Shown here: in pieces, positions 23,601 to 37,500 of the stretch
How the letters are laid out: each line of letters opens with the position of its first letter
Numbering within the stretch: the stretch's first letter is position 1
Assembly: GCA_050273025.1 (NCBI GenBank)
Contig: CP158635.1
Location: 124,001 to 188,000 of the forward strand
Source of the DNA: Cenococcum geophilum
Lineage: Eukaryota
Direction of reading: 5' to 3'
DNA: 64,000 nucleotides
Made by a program: the position numbers and the translations under genes
The notes under the pieces: generated by a model
What the model was told of the DNA's origin: nothing
The model's input: the letters and a program-made list of their open reading frames with translations, nothing else
Databases searched by the model: none

Positions 23601-26600
23601 TTAAATCGGCCAGGGGACTTTTAGTTCATTTGGTAGTAGTGGCAGTACTTTATAAGATATTTAATTACCTTAACCTTGACTTTATGACCTACTCGCTAAA
23701 GGACCCTAAGTAATTGGTAAATAGATAGGTAGCTAAAATAATGGTATAGTTAACGTAACTCTAACTTGGTTAGGTGGCTTTAAACAACGCTCCTTTCTAG
23801 CTGTTAAAGGAGTAACTAAGAGTAACCCTACTTGCGTATAATGGGCACCCAATTATCTCCCTAGATAAGTATATTCTTAAGGTTGTTAAGCTTAATACCT
23901 AATTTATTTATATCTTGGATGCAGAATAAGAATGGGGTGTTTGTGGGGATAATGTGGAAAGTAATATATTCTAACGGGGTTTAGACCTTAATTATACTAA
24001 GAGAGATTATAGTACCCTTGCTAAAGCGAATTGTATATTGGCCTGCTGTTAATTAGTTAATTTAAATAGAGCTATTAAGCTGCTAAAGAGCTCGAACTTA
24101 AGGCTCTCTTGCTATAGATACTCCTGCGGCTTTAGTATCTGGTATAATACTATAGAAGATATTTGCTAAGTATCTATTGTTAAAGGAGAACGCGGAACTT
24201 TCCTTTAGCTTATTAAAGATATTTAACTTTATAATAGAATGGAGTGTAGATTAGTTATTAAAGATAGCGACGGTTTGTGTACTATTTACCTTACTATACT
24301 TAGTGAAGTATTAGTTAGGAGAGTAGTCCTTAATTTCCATATCTATAAGGAGCTATTTAGCCTCGTTAACCTTACCCTTAAGATCTTTTTTGCCTTTATA
24401 TTAAACTAGGAAGTTTTAGAAGTAGGCTATAATAACCTCTTAGTTTCCGACGTTTTGTATACTCTAGCGAAACCTATTATATGCCTCCTTTTATCTATTA
24501 AGAGGGTATCTAGTTAACTAGTAATTTAGCTTCTTATAAATATAGCACTTCTTCTAATAATTGCTCTAAAGTGAACCTCCACAAGGACCTCTATAATTGC
24601 CTTATAGTTAACGTTAATTGTACCCTTTACTATATCCCCTACCATGTTCACTATATGTTTGATTAGTCCAGTTATAATTATATTGGTTAGCCGGGTTGAT
24701 TAAGGTAGGTTAGAGTTAGGCGTTAAATTACTATACTTTTTAAGAGCGTAGAGCGGTGCTAATAGAGGATCTTAATTAAGTATATACTCCTTTGTAAGTA
24801 CTTATAGGGTTAAAGAGAGTAAGATTGTATTCTTTAATACCTTAGTATATGCTAATAACTTGATTATATAGGCTAAGGTCCTCTTAATATAATTCGGATA
24901 AACTACGCTAAATTGTCTAAAGTTAATTAAAGAGCTTTTAAAGACAATTAAGCCGAGAGATACCTGGGTTTATAGCAATAATTCTTAGAAAGGTAGTCTT
25001 TCTCCACTCTGATATATATTGCTGCTTATTCTTTTCTATTTTAAAGTGGCATCTTATCTTATATATTATTCGGTTAAAATTATATCCTTTTTCTGCTAAA
25101 TAATTATAATAGAAGGTACTGGCGCGGCCCTTAAGTATAACGAAATAGGTGTTATAATATTGGTTAGGTTTTAGTCTAACCTTTTAGTAATAGTTATAGA
25201 AGATACGCAGCTTTAAATTAAGGATGTTATATAGTTCCCCGCTAAACTTCTTCTCCTAGTCCGCATAGAGCTTCGTAAGCTCTATAAGCATTTTTAAGGT
25301 GCCTCCAAGTAATATTAGACTATATTAAAATTGCATTGGAGATTAAGGTGGGGATTGCTTTATAGGCTGCAGTAAAGATATAGGGCTTAGTAGAACATAG
25401 CGTAGTACCTAATCTTCCTATAGTAGAGTTTAAAGGTTATTAAATCGCGAAGCAAGGGGATCTTACGCTTGCTCTTAAGGGGTAGTAGTTAACGTTGCTA
25501 GTTAAATTAGTGGATCCTAGGGAGCTAGAGATAGAGGTAGAAGCGATAGATATAGAACGTAAGAACTTATGCCTGGAGTAATGGAATTAGAGCGCGTCTC
25601 TATTAGCGTATTATTTAGATTCTATTATAAGTTAAGCTTTCTCTTAGTGCGTAGTTAGTGCTTAACCTCTTATAAAGTCCATTCGTGCTCTTCTTTTGCG
25701 TTAATAACTTACTCCTAGATATTGTCTCTAATGGCACCCCTATCTATAGGGACAAATACTCTATTCTCCTGAAGGAAGTTACGGAAGTCTTATATAACGT
25801 CCTTCTTCGCGAGAGCCTATATTTCCTTTATCTATTTAATAAAGTCCTCCTTTATATAACACTATAGCTTAGTATTGTTATATTTGCTATCTATATAGTG
25901 TACTATATAGTATACTAAGAATCCGTTTAGGTCCTGTTTCTTAGCATTTATAAGGTTAATATCTATATCCCACGTCTCTAGGTTAATGCTTTTCTTATAC
26001 TTCTTTAGGTAGGTTGACGCCATAGTAGGTATAAAATTAACGGGGTGTCGTACATTGAAGGTAGGTAGGGTTTTTGGCTTTATAGAATCTCGTAGGTTTG
26101 CTGTCAAAAGGTAGGCAATTAAGATATTGTTAACGCGTTTTAGACATTAACTTTGGGACCGTAGGTTTAGTAATACTTCTAACCTAAAGTACTCGACTAA
26201 ATCTTTGTATGTGTAGTTATTTAACGCGTTTCGGACGTTAATTTTGGGACCGTAGGTTTAGTAACACTTCTGACCTAAAGTACTTGACCAAATCTTTGTA
26301 AATGTGGTTATTCTGCGTAATAGACGCAACTTAGTATCTCCTAGTACTTAGTAACACTTCTATTATTAGTTTTCCGCAAGTCTAAGGTAGTATAGTATCG
26401 CCAGGATCCATTCTATATAAGCGTATATAGCACCCCTATATAAGACTGTCTCTTCTATTTAAAAACCTAGCTACTCTATAGTTGACTGTGTATTTAACTA
26501 CTAATTAGTATTAGAAACATAGGGTGACTTACCAATAACAACTACTTAAGTAGGGTTATAGTAATATTGGTTAATTCTTTTTAATAGGAATAAGGAAAGG

Positions 26601-29600
26601 GGTAAGGAACTTAAGGTTCCTCACTACGCTAGGGCCACGTCAACACGTGACGGCAATATGCTTTATACGACGGCAACTTGCCTTATTCCCGACAGGATCT
26701 AATATATATACTTTTACAATTACCTCTCCCTCTACGTACTTATTCTTAAGTGTTTACTATAGGGGTTATAAGCTAAGAGTTATACTATATATTAGTATCT
26801 TTAGTAATAAAAGCTACTTAGAGTTTAAGCTAGATTAGACTTTACTAACACCTCTTATATACCTAACCCCTATAGGTATATATTAGACTATACTAGAGTA
26901 AAGTATATAACTATTAGGGGTTAAACCCTTAACCTATTATTAATAGGCCCTATACCTAGCCCTAGTAAGTTTATAATTATAATTATAATATATCCTACCT
27001 TATATTACTATATAGCTAAAAAGATAAAAAGTACTTATAAACTTATTATAAGTGTAGTAGGATCTAATATATATATACTCTTATAAGGGGGTAGGTTCCC
27101 TATACTATAAAAGTATAGCTATAATAGCCTAGGTATAGTTTACTAGTAAAAGGGAGTTTTATTTATTTTTAATTTTATTTAGCTATTAAAGGTTTTAATT
27201 AAAGGTTTACTAAAAAGATACCTAAGGTTTACTAGACTAGTAAAGCTATTTTACTAGCTATATTAGTTTATTATAGCTAACTATTACTTCCCTCTAATTT
27301 TAGATACTAGATATATCTAATAGGCTTTATATTTTATTAGATACTTTCTTAATAGAGGTATTTCTACTTTATAGTATAGTATTTACCTATCTTTATTATA
27401 AAGGGCTATTACTAAGTATAGTTTTAGTAGTTATATATAAGTATAAACTACTATTATTTAATATATATCTCCCCTATAATATATATATCTTAGAGGGATT
27501 CTCTAGGTATTTTTTAGGGTTCTTTTAGTTAGTTTTAATCTTTTTAGGCTAGGTATAGTAAGAGCTCTATATAGTATTTAAATTATATAGTATATATATA
27601 TATCTATAATATAGTAGTAAAATAGGTAAAAGTAGGTAAAAGAAAATAAGTATTATAGTAGTATAATAAATATAAGTAGGGGGTTAGTTAAGTATTAGTA
27701 TATATATATATACTTCTATATTTAGAATAATAATTTAATATATAAATATATAAAGTAGGAATTATATTTAGTTATAGATATTATATATAGTAGTATTTAT
27801 TTAATTAAGTTAGTTAATAAAATAGTAAGGTAAAGTAAATAAAGAGATTTATATAGAAGGTTTAATAGGGGTATTTTATAAAAGAGTAATAGAGTAGTAT
27901 TATAGGGGTATATAAGTATAATAATAAAATTAGTAATATTAGTATAGTTATTTAATATAATAATAGTTTAGTTAATAGATATTAAAAAGAAGTTATAATA
28001 TTAATTAAGGTATATATATATAGTATCTAGTATCTAGTATCTAGTATCTATAATTATATATTATAGTAGTATATATATAAGGTTATATTATAAAATAGGA
28101 TTAGGTTTAAAGAATAAATATTATAAGTATTAGTAAATATATTATAAATAGAGATATATATTAGTTTAGTTAGGATTAGTATAGATAATAGATAATAATA
28201 GATAGTAGTAGTATTATATAAATTCTAAATATAGATTAGAAAATAAATTAAGTAAAAGGGTATATAGTATATTAGAGATATTAGAGATATTAGAGATATT
28301 TAAATAGATTATAAAAAAGGAATAAAAGGGAATAAATATTTTAAAGATATAGGTATTATATAGGTATTTTCTTTATATATCTAGAGGGTTATAAGTAGAG
28401 GATTTTTAGGAAGGCTTTTAGAAAAAGCCCTTTATATTATATATAGTAAGGGTTATAATCTAGTAGGTAGGTAGTATGGATATATAGTATAAGGAGTATT
28501 TTTTAGAAGGCTTTCTAATATTAATAGGCAAACTGTTTTAACTTAAAACGGTTTAAAAAAGAACTGTGGGATAAAGACTAGGGGTTGGAACGTTTTGAAA
28601 ATCCAATTAAATTGTTTTAACTAAGAATTAATATAAACTATTAGTTTAAAGGTCTAAAATACCACAACCTACTACGCCCGATTTATTGCTGCTATTGCTA
28701 TTAGGATGTGACCGCTATGTTATATATTTATAAGTAGGTTAGAGTAAGGTTATATTATAGTTATAAGGTTTGCTAAGGCAGGCTAATATAAGGCAGAGAG
28801 CTACCCCGCCCTTATCCTTTTAACGTACTAAGCCTTAATTTATAGATATAAAGAAGAGTATATATAATTTTTAGAAAGGTTTTTAGAAAATATATATATT
28901 TATTATATATATCTACAACCTAATACTACTAGAATCCCACTAACTTAAGAAATAAGTAAGGAAGAAATATCCTTAATAACTGGTATAAGATAACGGTCGA
29001 ATAGCTAGAGCACGTTGGAAAGATCTATTTTATATAGTCGATTATCGCTTATATCTTCAATAGGAAGATAAGTATAAGGTAGCTGCTAACCTATTAATAT
29101 ATTTTATATAAAGTCCTCTATTTGTTAACTAAACTTAATAGCGGCTAGGTAAAAGCGCTTAATAAGCTTAAGGAATATATTAAATACGCCTAATAAAAGG
29201 CGCTCTATAAAAGAATAAGGCATTTTAGATATAGGAATAAGAGTAAGAATACTAGGACTAAGTGTCTTCTATATATAATACTATTAATAGCCCTTTATAA
29301 AAGACTTTATAAAGTAGCGCTATTGCTTATTAGATAGAGTAGAGGAGTTAGCTAGTAATAAAGAAGGTATATTTATAGATAGGTAGAGTGCCTTAAAGAG
29401 CTACTACTTAATTAAAGAGGCGTTACTAATACCTTTACCCTATATACTTAATGGCGTATAATCTAGAAGTACTTCTATATTTTAATAACAATTATAGAGG
29501 TATATAAGATAATAGTAATAAAGAATATCTTAAAGTATTCTAGTTGCTTTAATACTGGTAATGTTAAAGAAAGCCTTTTAAAAGCCGAATAGCGCGGCGT

Positions 29601-31553
29601 TTATATTTTAGCTACTAGGGGTAAAAGTAACTAAGGACTATAAAGACAATTAGGGAGGATATAAGGATAATTAGGGAGTAGTTTGCCGGTTTAAATCTAT
29701 AGTGCTGTTTTTTCGCTAGTATATAAGTATAGCCTTAACGTTCTTAATAGCTTTACTATTACTAATAGCGCTTACCTTATAGACTAAGGTGGACGCCTCT
29801 TATTTACCTATTCCTATATAGTTAGGCTATTTAGCTAGCTAGCCAAGTTTCCTCCCATTCTCCTGTATATATATATCCTATATATTATTCTCTTTCTTAG
29901 TTATAAAGATATTAAAAAGCTTATTTTCTAACCTCTTACACCTTTCCCTTTCTTTATGCCTATTTATATTACTAACCGTTATAATATACTCTAGCTCTAG
30001 TATAGCTATATAGTTCTAAGTATGCTTAATAGGCGGTAGAGATAGAGAAGTATTAGATATACGCCTTTTACCCCTATAATAGGTACTTTTATTACTAGTA
30101 TCCCGTATACTATCTAGACTATTTTTTATAATATTAGCAGTAGACCTAAACTCTACTAGGCTACTATAGTTGCTATTATCCTCGCTTTGTAGTTAAGGGT
30201 CTAGATTAGCATTATCTATATTAACTGGTTTAGGTTTAAGTTATAGAAGCACTTTAGGCCTATAGGACTAGCGGATTTATTATAATATATCTTCTAATAA
30301 CTTTATAATAAAGAATAATAGATTAGGGTTAGTATTATTACGTACCTATACTATAGGGGTATTAGTACTAATAAATAAGGCGGGAAGTAAGCGTAGAAAG
30401 AAGGTTTATATTTTTTAAGGCTTTACGCCTAAGGCTAGAATTAATATAACTATAGTAGTAAGGTAGCTAAAACTAAAATAGGTAGTAGGAAAAACGCGTA
30501 AAGCCGGATTTTGGGTAATACTTTAGCTATATAATTTATATTCCCTATAGAAATGGAAATAAGATAATAGGTAAAGATATATAATTATCTAACGTTACGT
30601 TACCTATAGTAGCCTATAGCGTACTTATATTTCCTTATAGCCTTACGCCTAATAATAGCTCTTTAATAATTAAGTTATATTACTAGTTTATATAACTTCT
30701 TCTCTCGCTACTTCCTAAATATACCTATCTTTTATATCTAGTAAAGTCTATAACTTAATTAGGTGCTTTCCGTCGCTAACCTATAAGGCTATTATAAGTT
30801 TATCCTATCCACTTATAAGCTACTAGACTATATCTACCTAGTCCCTTAGCTTAAAAAGTAGCTAATCGTCTTTATAATCCTAAACTTATAGCCTACTATC
30901 TATTCCTCCTAATATAAGGTAGTCTTTGGCCTAAACTAGCCCCTATATAGCCTAATTATAAGCCTCTAGAGTATAGATAAGTCTTCCATTTTACTAGTCC
31001 TAGGTTTAAATAGTTCTATCTACTCTAGAAGAAACTAAGTTTTTATAAAAATTTATAAGTTGCGTAGTAACTTTAGTATAACCTTTATAGGTTATAAGAT
31101 ATATCCTTTATTAGGATTTTTTTTGGGTATATTATTGTAAGCGAAAATCGGGGTCTGCAAAACCTGCATAAGTCGCAATTTTGGCAATTTGCGGCGATTT
31201 GTAGCGATTTACTATAAATATATAGGCTACTTGTGCAAATTGCCGCAAATTACTAAACCCTAATTTTTGGCTATAATAAAAATACTATAAAAGCTCTATA
31301 TAAAGCTTTGTATAAAGCTCTATATAAAGCTCTATATAAAGCTTTATACAAAGCTCTATATAAAGCTCTATATAATATTCTATATAATACTCTATATAAA
31401 GCTCTATATAAAGCTTTATATAAGGCTCTACGGGCTCTATATAAAGCTCTATATATTAAGGCTCTATATAAGGCTCTATATAAAGCTTTATATAAGGCTC
31501 TATGGGCTTTATAAGGCTCTATATAAAGCTCTATATATAGAGGCTCTATATAA

Positions 31554-34500
31554 TGTAACGAAACCTTATAGCAGGTACTACGATAGGCTCGTTATTAGGC
31601 TAGGTGTATAGGTAAAGCAAGTTAAAGTCAATAATGTAATAATAACTGGTAGAGTGGTTGCCTAATAGATTAACTCTAATTATATTCTAAGAATTACTAT
31701 AAGGAAGGAACTATCTAGGTAGGGATTAAGGGTCCTTAAATACACGACTGTACTCCTATAAAATCCTTCTTATATATAATGTACGTCTTATATATAAGGT
31801 ATATAAGTTTCTCCTGTTCCTCTTATTTAATACGTAGCATATTATATAACCTTAGCTACTATTCCTCGTTATATAGTTCTACCGGCTCCATTCTAGACCA
31901 TGCCTAAATTAACTAACTAGCTTCTTCCGACTTTTCTCTAAGTAGTTATAGCATCGTACTTAAAGCGTTCGTAATACCATCTCCCTCCTCTCTATTTTTA
32001 TTCTTAAAGATTTCTAATATTTTTAAGTTGTTTACTAGAGGTATAATATCTATCTAATTAATTTGGTTAATATTATTGCTTATTATACCTAAAGCAATTT
32101 CTTCTTTACACGCCTAGCGTCGTGCTCGCACTATTGCTGCGATATTGTCTCTTAGTGATATTATACCGTCTCTATATTCTCGCTGTTTAAAAGAGGGGTC
32201 GATTTATATTACGTTAGTAAACCTATCTTTGCAATAACCGTCCTCTTGCTTAGAGTGCACTAAAGCAAATATTTGTTTATCCTATAACGTTTACTCTACT
32301 TCTAATGCTAAATATACGCGACCTATTACTCTTAATAGTTGTTTAGTTCCTTAATTAATTTATTTTAGGGTCTTATATTTAATCTACTGCTATATAGCTA
32401 GATAGTAAACTGTCTTAAGCTCTTACTAAATTAAAACGTTTTTAGGACGCGGAATAGAAGGCCCTAAATGCTCGTATCGCGGCATCTGCTTATTTGCTCC
32501 GTCTTAAGAAGGTTTATAAGAAGGTCCGTTTTAAGGAGTAAAAACTTGTAGAATAGGGTTTGTAGGAACTTAGTAATAAAAGAACGGATTCTCCTCTAAT
32601 AGAGAAGGAAACAGATTTAAGTACTTCGGCAACTGCTCTTCTTGGGTCCCCTTTAGGTAACTTATTCTTTAGCAATTTTTTTTTATTAATGCTTCCTGAC
32701 CTAATCTCTTCCGGTACTCCTATAGTATTCTTTAAATTCTTTAGTAGCTCCTAGGTAGTCTTAGTGTAGCCTATCCACTTAACTTTATACTATATTTTAT
32801 TGTTAATATCCTTATAGTTAATGATCTTTAAAACTTACTATTTGTTTTCTTTTTGTCCTCTATATATATCTGCCTTATAGCCTAGTAGCTTAATATTCCC
32901 ATATACTGGCTCTAGCATTGCGATATACTATATAGGGTAGATCTTTATTTTAGCTAGTAGGTTTAACTTAAACGTAATTGGTGAAATCCTTTACTTAATT
33001 TTAAAAGGTCCTAGTTTAACGTAGTCTAACTTCTTACTTAGTTATCGACTCTTAAAATTTTTGTGTAGTAGCTACACTTTATCTCCCTCCTTAAGATCTG
33101 GTCCCTTAGATCTCTTAGTATTATAATACTTTTTTATTCTTTATTGTACCGTCTTTACTATTTCTATAAGGTTTTTATAAAGATTTATTAGTGTCTCCAT
33201 TCTTTACTTAGCTGTGCTACTTATCTTTTTTACTTAATGTAGCGATAATAATGTCCTTGGCTCGTACCCGTAATTCGCCTTAAATAGTAATATACCCTTT
33301 CCTTCTTAAGGTATTATATTATATGTAAACTATATAACTAGTAATAATAATACCTAATTGTTCTGTGCGTAATTAATATAGTGCCTTAGATACTGTTCTA
33401 GTGTCTAATTTAGTTTTTCCGTTTAACCGTCTGTCTACGGATAATATGTGGTAGAAGTTGCTGCTCTAACTCCTTACTCCGCTAAGAATACCTTCTAGAA
33501 TACTACTATAAATCTTAGATCTCTATCTAATATAATTTTACTTAGTACTCTATATCTTGCAAATACTTCTTTAATATAGATTCTAGCGACAGCTTCTACT
33601 AATATCTTTTCCGTATATACTATAAAGTATCCCCACTTTATAAGCTTGTCTACTATTACTAAGATTGCGTTATAATCTTATCCGGTAATAGGGTCTTTTA
33701 ACTTTAGCAACTTAATAATAAAGTCCTATAATATAACCTCCCATAGTCTCTCTAGTATTTTAATAGGTTGTAGCCCTCTATATAGCTTATGCCTTATTAG
33801 TTTATTCCTTTAGTAATCTAGATATTTTTTTATAACTTTTCGCGCTAAGCCCTAGATTCCATCAATAATATACTCCTCCTAGAGTCTTAACACTAAGCCC
33901 GTGGCTTTATTATGTCCTTAAGTTATCCCCTTATAAAAGTCTTCTATAAATTGCTCTGCTATGCTTTTTAGGATATACATTACTTCTTAATTCTTATATA
34001 TATCCATCTATGGATCTTCTAGTTATACTTTTAGAATTCTTTATACCTAAAAGCTTTCTAGTGACTTATAAACTCTCTCTAGTTCCTCTTAAGTTGCTAT
34101 AATTTTTAGATAATTATCCCTGATTAATCCGTTTATATCCTTTCGCAGTAAAGCCCCTAATAGCTTTTTATCGTTCTATAGTTTAGCTTTCTAACTTAGA
34201 GCATCTACTCGCGTATTGTCTCTACCCTTAATGTACTAAATCTTAAAATAGTATTCTGTAAGCATCTCTGCCCATTTAACTTATCTTTAGTTAAGTTCCT
34301 TTATTATTAAGAATCCTATTAGGTTCTTATAATCCATCTTAACTATAAATAGTTTCTTTATACCTTATAAGAATGCTCTCTATTTCTTTAATGCTATAAC
34401 TATACCTAATAACTCCTTATTGTAGCTGTTATAGTTTAACTCTAGTAGTATTATCTTCCAACTATAATATGCCACTAAATGCTATCTATCTTAATGTTTC

Positions 34501-37500
34501 TATATAAAGTATACTCCTAGTATATAGTCTAATATATCTATCTTTATAACTGTCTCTAAACCTAGTTAATAGATCTTAAGAACTGGCTCCTAGGTAAATA
34601 ACTCTTTAACTTTCTTAAAGAGTTCCTACTGTTCCTCTCCCCATACCCATAGTTCTTCTTTCTTTGTTAATCGCGTAAATGGCTTAATATCCTTTAACTA
34701 TTGCGCTATAAACCTTCTATAGTAATTGCAAAACCCTAGAAACAATCTTAACTATATAACGTTCTCTAGTTTTTGCCAATTTACTATAGCCTTAATCTTC
34801 TTTAGATCTATGCTAAGTTAGCCTAGTTTAATAATAAATTTAACGAAATTAGTCTTCCTGGTAAAGAACTCGTATTTTTTAATTACTACTAGTATCTATT
34901 CTTCCTATAGTCTCCTTAAAACCCATTTAACGTATTCCCCGTGTTCTTCCTCCGTTATTAAATAGATAATAATATCATTAAGGTATACCATAATAAATTC
35001 ATCTAAGTATTCTCCTAATATATTGTTAATACGCTTCTAAAACGTTGCTGGTGCGTTTATAAGCCCAAATTATATAACTAATAGTTTATATAGTCCTTCC
35101 TTTAACCTAAAAGCTGCCTTCTATTCGTTGCCTTCCTTAATTCTAATCTAATAGTACGCCTATTTTAGGTTTATCTTTATAAAGATTTACGCATTACCTA
35201 TCCTATCTTAAATTTCGCTAATTAAGGGTAAAGGATACCTATCCTTTCTAGTAATGCTGTTTAACTGCCTATAGTTAATATACAGCCTTAGTTTGCTATT
35301 CTTCTTTAGTATAAATAATACTAGATAACCTGCTAATAACTGCGATGGTCTAATATATCCCTTTTATAGATTTTCCTAAATAAACTCCTTTAATGCTCTA
35401 CCTTCCTCTTTAGTAAGCTTATAGATTAGAAAGAACCTTAAACTTATTCCTAGTTCTAATTCTATCTTATAGTTCTATGCTATATACTCTAACAGCTTTT
35501 TACTTTCTAGTAACTATAGTTTCTTACTATACTTATAGTATCTCTTTAGTATATAACTTAGTCCCTTTTCTGTTTCTTTATAGGTTGCTCCTACTTAGTA
35601 CTATACCATCTTAGCTTATTATTACATCTTACGGCGTTAAGTATCCCTAATATTAACCTAACCTATAACCTAATTAATCTTTAGATTGTATTCCTGTAAC
35701 TAAGGCATTCCTAGTACTGCCTTATTATTTCCTAATGGTAATATATCAAAAGACATCTCGACTTGTCTCCCTTTAATAGTTAACTAAATAGGTCCTATTT
35801 TAAGGTTGATAATGCCTCCTCTATAGGCTATTAAATCTCCCGAAATTATTACTAATAAGTAAGAATGTTCCTTTTTCCTATGTGGTAAACCTATCCTTTT
35901 AACTGCTATTGGCGAGATATAGTTCCTTATTGCTCCACTATCTATTAACGCCTTAAACTATTAATCTTACCATTTAACTTGTAAATTTAGGTATTGTCCT
36001 TAAATTCCTTTAAGGGTCTAAGGCTCTACTACTGGCTCCCTCTAGTTTTATGGGCCTCCACTTTTCCTAACTATTAGCTGCTTAATTCTATTTATACTTG
36101 GTCTATCTTTAGCCAATACTTAGTTCGCTTTTTATCTTTAATATGCTATAGACACATATTCTCTAGGCATTCCTACTACTATTGTCCGTCTAGGTATTCT
36201 TCCGTAAGAAATCTTCCTAGCTAAAGTATTAAGTCTCCTAACTCCTAAACTTCTACTAGATACTAACTATATATATACTTAGCGTCTCTATACTTCTGTT
36301 CTTTTACTAGCCAATATATTCTTATAGGATATTTTTAATACTTATCCTTTAGTGCTTTATGTATATTATACATATCATCTATATATACGATCTATAATAG
36401 CGTATAATATGCCTAGTGTCTTAGGTTAACTCTCGGCTTATCTTTATCTTTAAACCTTTATCGTACTAATCTAAGCGTTGCGACTTTATTCGTAGGTACT
36501 AAGATACGCCTCTCACTTCTCTAGTCCTCTAAGCGCTCCTCTAAATCTTTTAATGTTATAATTAAGGCTCCTTTAATATAACTTATAGCCTTCTCTATAA
36601 TTAGGTGGTTTTAGATAACTTTTTCATCCAACTATATATAGAAATCTTCCCACTTATTATTATGCCTTTGCCTATACCACTTTTAGTATAGCTGCTAGAG
36701 TGTATATAGCTCGTCTATAAGGAAGTATCTTCTTATTACTACATTATAACAGCCTTTAGTATGTCGTTCCTTAAACCTAGTTAGAATCCCTAGATCCTCT
36801 TCTTATTCCAGTTTAGTAAGCCACTTAGCTCTTAGTATGCCTGCTCTAGGCCTATTAGTAATTCTTTATATAGGTACTCGATCCCTTATACGTCCTAATA
36901 TACTAGATCTCTTATCTAGTTTTTATTCTTGCTATAAGGTAATTCTTACTCTAAACTCTTCCATAGTTTCTTTCCTTTCGTGTCTTATAAGTGGATCCTT
37001 AAAGTCTTCTTACTTCTTAGTCTTAGTATTAGTCTTCTAATCCTTAGGCCAAACACTATATTCCCCTAGTAAGTCCTCTAGGTCTATATATCTATCTCCC
37101 AGTTTAGTTACTATTTATACTATAGATTCTCTAATCTATAAAGAAGCCTCTTGCCTCTTACTTATAGGTGTCTTAATTTATACTCTAAATTTTTAATCCC
37201 TTGGATTCTTTGATCCTAAGCTTACTTCCAACTTAAGCCTTACTCCTACCTTAGTTTAACTAGGCTTACTTAGTGTTTTTATCTTATCTTAAGAGTCTTA
37301 AATCTTACTTATCTTGTTATAAGAGTCTTATGCCTATAGGAAACTCTGTCCCGAGCTTATTTATATATCTTTAAACTAAGCTACTACTCTGCTCTATTAG
37401 TTTCCGTCCATTATAGGTCCTTAAGCTTGCCTTATCTTATCTTAAGAATCTTAGTCATCTCTTATTTCTTCTTAAGAATCTTAAGCCTTTGGCTTCTTGC

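Larger units (their letters stand above)
19420..26694 (-). mobile_element. Full-length Copia-type LTR retrotransposon, RIP-degraded
   Basis: 186-bp LTRs at 19420-19605 and 26509-26694, TSD GGATC. Minus-strand order: gag, protease (DT(G)AAGVS ~24140), integrase (~23100-23600), RT (KPLYGIAEAGTHWWATY ~22030-22080), RNaseH (KEKRL(M)IDIMAL ~21135-21175). Confidence 0.93.
19339..27086 (-). mobile_element. TRIM-like miniature LTR element (~470 bp without the nested Copia)
   Basis: ~100-bp direct repeats (19339-19419 + 26700-26719; ~26984-27086). Pyrimidine tract ttacctctccctc (PPT on minus strand) abuts the left repeat. GGGGG flanks both ends. Internal ~265 bp has no recognisable coding domain. Confidence 0.62.

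Noticed and set aside
27100..28450. Extremely AT-rich stretch with short tandem repeats (possible centromere or organellar insert)
   Set aside because: TpA-saturated composition is consistent with very old RIP; no diagnostic motif supports a more specific call.
31308..31514. 68-aa KALY-repeat ORF
   Set aside because: Translation of a RIP-mutated 12-bp minisatellite; not a credible present-day gene.
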